Below are positions 59,208 through 64,000 of a stretch of 64,000 nucleotides of DNA, in pieces. A program made the translations under genes and the position numbers. Within the stretch, counting starts at the first letter, position 1; each line of letters opens with the position of its first letter. The notes below the pieces were generated by a model. It had not been told where the DNA came from. It saw only the letters and a program-made list of their open reading frames with translations, and made no database searches. The DNA lies in assembly GCA_973895155.1 (NCBI GenBank), contig OZ316895.1:24371538-24435537 (forward strand), given 5' to 3'. Source of the DNA: Marsupella aquatica. Its lineage: Eukaryota > Plantae > Marchantiophyta.

Positions 59208-60068
59208 TCACAATATGTCATCATCATCGAGTAAATCTACCTCATGCGAGCTCGATGCTGCGTTCGCAGAGGCAGTAGGGACCTTTACTCGACAATCCCT
59301 TTTCATGTGGCCTGGCTTGCCACAATTCCAACATGCAAGAGGCTTCCTCTCTTGCAATTTTCCTCTGGATTTAGATCTCCCCCGTGATGTAGATCTAAAC
59401 CTGTTCTGCCCATTCGTGCGCTGTGTTGCTCTTCCCCTATTCACATTGAGTGCAGTGCCAGAAGAAGATGTTATCTGTGATTGACCCAGCTTCTTCTGAG
59501 CATCATCAGACAGTAAAGAGCTTACCACCTCATTATACGAAATGGACTTCAGATCTCTGTACAAGAGCACCTGTTTCAAGCCCTGATATGACGGCGGTAA
59601 GGAGCTTAGCAGAAGCAAGGCCTTATCCTCATCTTCAACTCCTTTTCCCAGGTTTGACAGATCAACCGCTAGACTGTCAAACTCATCCAGGTGATCCTGC
59701 ATCTTGCTCCCTTCCTTGAGCCTGAGGCTCATCAAGAGAGACTTCTTGTATAGCCGGTCTGACGCATCTTCCCGGTAGTACTTCTCTCTTAGAGCCTTGA
59801 ACAGTGACGCGCAATCCGCATAATCATCCAGCTGCTTGATGATGTGCGGCTTGAGATATAGCATCACTGCATTGACAGCAATCACCTGCTCCTGTCTCCA
59901 TTGCCTCACTAAAATCTCCTCCTCTCCATCATACTGCTCTCGCGATGAAAGCAGATGAGCTAAGCCCATGGCCCGTAGAACACCCTTCACTTGCTTCTCC
60001 CAGAGCAAGTAATCAGTACGACCATCGTACTTCTCCACCTCAAACTTCACTCCTCCAAATCTAGCCAT
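59208..60068 (-). CDS. gag: copia Gag (UBN2-type) with CCHC zinc knuckle
   Basis: MARFGGVKFEVEKYDGRTDYLLW, LLLSSLPPSY, CWNCGKPGHMKRDC; the open frame extends upstream to 60257. Confidence 0.92.
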   Translation of the reverse strand: MARFGGVKFEVEKYDGRTDYLLWEKQVKGVLRAMGLAHLLSSREQYDGEEEILVRQWRQEQVIAVNAVMLYLKPHIIKQLDDYADCASLFKALREKYYREDASDRLYKKSLLMSLRLKEGSKMQDHLDEFDSLAVDLSNLGKGVEDEDKALLLLSSLPPSYQGLKQVLLYRDLKSISYNEVVSSLLSDDAQKKLGQSQITSSSGTALNVNRGRATQRTNGQNRFRSTSRGRSKSRGKLQERKPLACWNCGKPGHMKRDCRVKVPTASANAASSSHEVDLLDDDDIL

Positions 60069-61745
60069 CTCCCTCTTCTTCCCTACTACCGACAGCTCTG
60101 GTAGTAACACAGCTTCCTCCACTGCACGCCGCACCGGTGATCGTACCAGTGTTATAAGTTCCTCCTCAAACGGTAGCAGCTCTTCCTCAGACTCCGTCTG
60201 ACTGTCGCGATCCTGAAGCTCCACCGACGCCAATTCTTCCAGTATCCTCTGAGTCACTCATATGAAACAATCACGAAAAAACGTCTTTTTTTGAAACTTC
60301 TCATAAAACTCAAAACTCAACACCGCCGCGTAGCCCACGAAGCTAGAAGTCCAATACTGAAATCCGAAATCAAATTCAAAATTCGACGGAAAAGTTATTC
60401 AAATTTCGGTCGGGGTGGGTAAAACCTTGGGAAACTCCCGCGTTTTGACCACCTCGGAGAATAACCGAAATATCAAGTACAACCTGTCGTCGGAATTGCG
60501 ATGTGATCGGTGCGCCGCGTTGCTAACTCCAGTGGCAACGTCTTCACCAAAAAAGAACCAAAAAAGTTACCGTGCGGCGGACAAAATCTTTGTGTGACGG
60601 TCAAAAAACAGCTCTCTGTTTTTCGGGAATATTCCCGCACAATCCAACAGGGCTCACAGGGGGCTGTTCCCCCTGTCGGAGCGGTTAAAACGGAGGGTCA
60701 CAGGGCCCGGGATGAGGCACAACCAATGAGGAGGAGGAGAGAAAAAATAAATTAAAAAAAACACACTCTAAAGGGGTCTTAAAGCCCCTGGCAAAGGCGC
60801 GCGTATTCGTGGCCAAAATTGCAAAAAACGTGAAAAAATGGGTTTAAAGGGGTCAAAACGCGCATATTTTTACGTTTTTGGGCCGTATGTGGGCATTTTG
60901 GCTGTATTTGGGCCCAAAAAAGCACTTTTTCACGCTTAAAGGGGTGTGGGAGGCCGGTGTGCGCGCCGGGGCGTATGGCGAACCTGGTTTGTCGGGTATT
61001 GGGGCCGTATTGGGGCAAAAAATGCCCTAAATTAACCTTAAAAATGTGCCCAAAATGACACAAAGGCCGTGTTACAAACCTCAGCCGCCTCCGCTTTGGT
61101 TTCCAATGAGAAAATTGATGACCGCCGACATGAAAATGTTTCCGAATTGCACCGGCACGTCTGAAGCTCCACCAGAGAAAGAACTTCTGTTGCGTCGCCT
61201 TCACTCCGCGTCAAGTGCCAATCCCGGACTCAAAACGACCGTCTCGCCACGATCTCTCCGTTGAGCCTCAGCACTTTGCGTTTCTTCCTCCGAGTCAAGC
61301 GTCACGACGAGTAATCCGGTTCAGGGAAAAACAAGCACCATAGCTTGTCAAAAAACCAGAATGCCTCCTTCACTCGTCACGACGCACTCGTTCCGCAAAC
61401 GTCAGCAAACTAGATACCAAAACGACCAGCACGCTCCAACCTTCACCTTGAACTATGATATGCGACGCCCCGCACACCGCACAACTCACACCGTTGAAGA
61501 AATGATCTCTGGTTTCTCCCCCGAAATACCGTCGAACACGAATAAACCCTGAACGATGCAAACTTCAATTCCTCCGCACCACGGATACCGATCAGCGAGC
61601 TCTAACCACCGTTAGAATGCCCTCTCACTAACCTATCCGCTCAGCCACACACAATCGAGTTTCATGCAACGAAACTTTGAATGTACCATCGACAATGAAT
61701 GCTGGAAAAACCTGTCACGAAAAAACCTCGTCACCTCCCAGGCAT

Positions 61746-61757
61746 GCTCTGATACCA
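61746..61757 (-). other. primer binding site complementary to initiator tRNA-Met
   Basis: TGGTATCAGAGC on the minus strand, 2 nt inside the 5' LTR. Confidence 0.95.
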
Positions 61758-61759
61758 CT

Positions 61760-62103
61760 TGTTGAGCATAGACGACATTCGCAACGGCAAGCCCATGAAC
61801 CATCCAACGCACAATAGTCAACACAGAGAGATACGTGGTTCACCTCCACATGAGGCTACGTCCACGGGAACACACAAGAGCTTTACTGCACTCTAGGCCG
61901 ACCGGCCATACCAAGCATCCACAGCACAAGCTCTCCCTATTTCTCAACTAGCTCCGTAACAATGAGCCTAAGTTCCACCAGGGTCTGGCATCAGCCCTGG
62001 CTATATGCACAACAGCACTACCGCTAACCTTAGCTAGGTCCTAACCCGAGTTAGCCTAACTGTGGTTAGCGCAAGAGTCACAAGACTAGAGCAATATCTA
62101 ACA
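61760..62103 (-). repeat. 5' LTR of the copia element (344 bp)
   Basis: Matches 50543-50885 with about 9 substitutions and 1 indel by manual comparison. Confidence 0.96.
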
Positions 62104-62902
62104 ATATTCATGACCATTCTGAATTTTAGATGGAAAGACTATGAGCATAAGTTGAGTGCATTTTGAGGTGTAACTCTTTGAGCAGTGTCAAAGCCACAAT
62201 GAGGAAGTTTATGAGTGTAATTAGGGACAATCACATTTACACATATAAGCAAGTTTAGGGCATCTCAGCTACACAAGAACAATCAGGCTTGCATCTCACA
62301 TCTGTAGGGTGGGTTGCTGACATGCTGGATCAAACAATCCTGACTTAGAGCAGTTTAGAAGAAGATTTAATAAGAAAATTTGGCGAGGTCGAACAACATT
62401 CCTCTATGAAAGAATGTATTCAGAGAGAACCCAAGACAGTTTCTACTACATATCCAGGAAATATAATAGCCCACCATCAGTTTTCTGGAACAACATTGGT
62501 ACTACTCCCCCAGTTCTGTGACTGACATTTCTAGGATATGAAACCTAGGAAAATATCTATCATTATTTCACACATACATAGGAAATGAACCTTATATATG
62601 CTTAGGGTTGGCCACACAATATCTAATAATTCTTCAAGATTAGTTGTGGCCAAGAACTTGACAAGCAACATCCAGGAAATATATAATTATAGACAAGGTC
62701 AACAGGCCAAGCAAGTGCCACTAAATGATTAAAGGAGGATTTGTCAGTAGAAGAAAGAGGCCCCAAAGTTGGACAAGAGTTTGAATAGAGGGTATAGTTT
62801 CTTGATCTCAATGGCACAGGGTCCCACTAGTAACTATGTAACTTGTGAAAGAATAAAAGCACACAAGAATCCCACCCAAACCCTTGACTAAATTATCAAA
62901 TA

Positions 62903-63216
62903 TGTTAAGATATTATCGAACAGCATGATGTCACAGGGAAAGGGAACTAGTGTACAATGAACATACAATGAACATTGACACAAAGATATGTGGTTTGTCC
63001 CATCTGGGTTACATCCACAGCTGTAATCATTATGCACTAACGCCCGACATCCACCATTGATAGCCTAGCAAGATACAAGTTGCTCTATGAATGTTTCTCT
63101 CCCCTTTCTATCCAATCTTCAACTCCTTAAGACTGATCTGTAGTATGAGCACAATGAAGTCTGGGGGGTTAACTTAGTTTATATTTTGGGGCACCATATG
63201 TGATCCTAACCTAACA
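62903..63216. mobile_element. possible old copia-type solo LTR
   Basis: TGTTAAG...CTAACA ends, length similar to the neighbouring LTRs; internal GATATGTGGTT...GGTTACATCCAC resembles GATACGTGGTT...GGCTACGTCCAC; AAATA flanks both sides but is offset by 1 nt on the right. Confidence 0.4.
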
Positions 63217-63969
63217 TAAATACACCTATTAAATTATAAACAGAAATTATTTCAGAATATTCAATATGGATGACCTAATTTACTTTATAAAAGATATATG
63301 TTAACTAGAGGATATTTTATAGACTTGAGTTTATAGTATCTTTTTTTTTGTCTCCTACGCTTAAATTTTTTTTTAGCTAATTTCTATAAAAATACATATA
63401 TTAGATTGCACTTGGTCAACCCCCCCCCCCCCCCCCCGAGAATGAAGTGCTCTCCAGGGTATAGGTCCTCTCCACTAGTCTAACCTCAACTTTCCTTAAC
63501 CATCAGTGGCTAACATGACTGTGCTCTAGTTAAGTAACCTAAACAGGTGCTAGACTTAAGTACCAACAAAAATATCTAGAAATAAAAGACCAAGGCTTGA
63601 AGATTTGATGAAAAAGGGCATTCACTAGATATATGATTATGAGCAATGAAGGAAATTCAAAACTGAGAACCATCTGAATGTGCAATGAACTATAAACCAG
63701 GCTATCCTGAAATCAATGGCACAAGGGCGGCACAAGGGCCAGGGGCTTCCATATGCCCAAGTAAGCATATCTCAAAAAAGACACATGGAGTTTGAGGACA
63801 TCCTTATGTAGCTGTCTACCTGAACTATGGAGGTACTATCTTGCCTTTTAGCATCACTGACTATTACCGTGGACCTGGATGGACCAAAGAACATTTCACT
63901 CCAAAAAAAATGGGAGCCCTTATACAGAGGATAGTGACTATATGAGTAAAGAGTACCTTAGCCCAAGTT

Positions 63970-64000
63970 GTCATGATCCATCCGAGTCATGATCCATCCG
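63970..64000. repeat. 16-bp tandem repeat running off the window end
   Basis: GTCATGATCCATCCGA GTCATGATCCATCCG. Confidence 0.7.

Larger units (their letters stand above)
50543..62103 (-). mobile_element. full-length Ty1/copia LTR retrotransposon, inactive, with nested insertions
   Basis: Two TG...CA LTRs, TSD ATATT (50538-50542, 62104-62108), PBS and PPT present, gag-PR-IN-RT-RH domain order. Confidence 0.97.

Overview
Eukaryotic, intron-containing land-plant DNA. A flagellar CCDC113-like gene and a DDAH-like gene suggest a bryophyte such as a liverwort (inference). The left half holds host genes: an intronless family-1 UDP-glycosyltransferase (-), a 6-exon CCDC113/DUF4201-like gene (+), a decayed DDAH-like amidinotransferase gene (+) and an intronless STOP1-like C2H2 transcription factor (-). 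The right half is a nest of mobile DNA. It starts with a 3' fragment of an RLE-type non-LTR retrotransposon. Next is a ~13.4 kb region (33.9-47.35 kb) bracketed by a 26-bp inverted repeat. This region carries an En/Spm TNP1-like ORF, a decayed spliced gene joining a ParB-like domain to a bacterial-type N4/N6 DNA methyltransferase-like domain, an FCP1/NIF HAD phosphatase-like ORF and arrays of a palindromic 21-bp motif; it is the best candidate for an undescribed system. Last is a complete Ty1/copia element (50543-62103, TSD ATATT) interrupted by a 245-bp MITE and a 4.6-kb TG...CA solo-LTR-like unit that encodes a ~1200-aa PMD-like/coiled-coil protein. All family assignments come from recognising motifs by eye, not from database searches.
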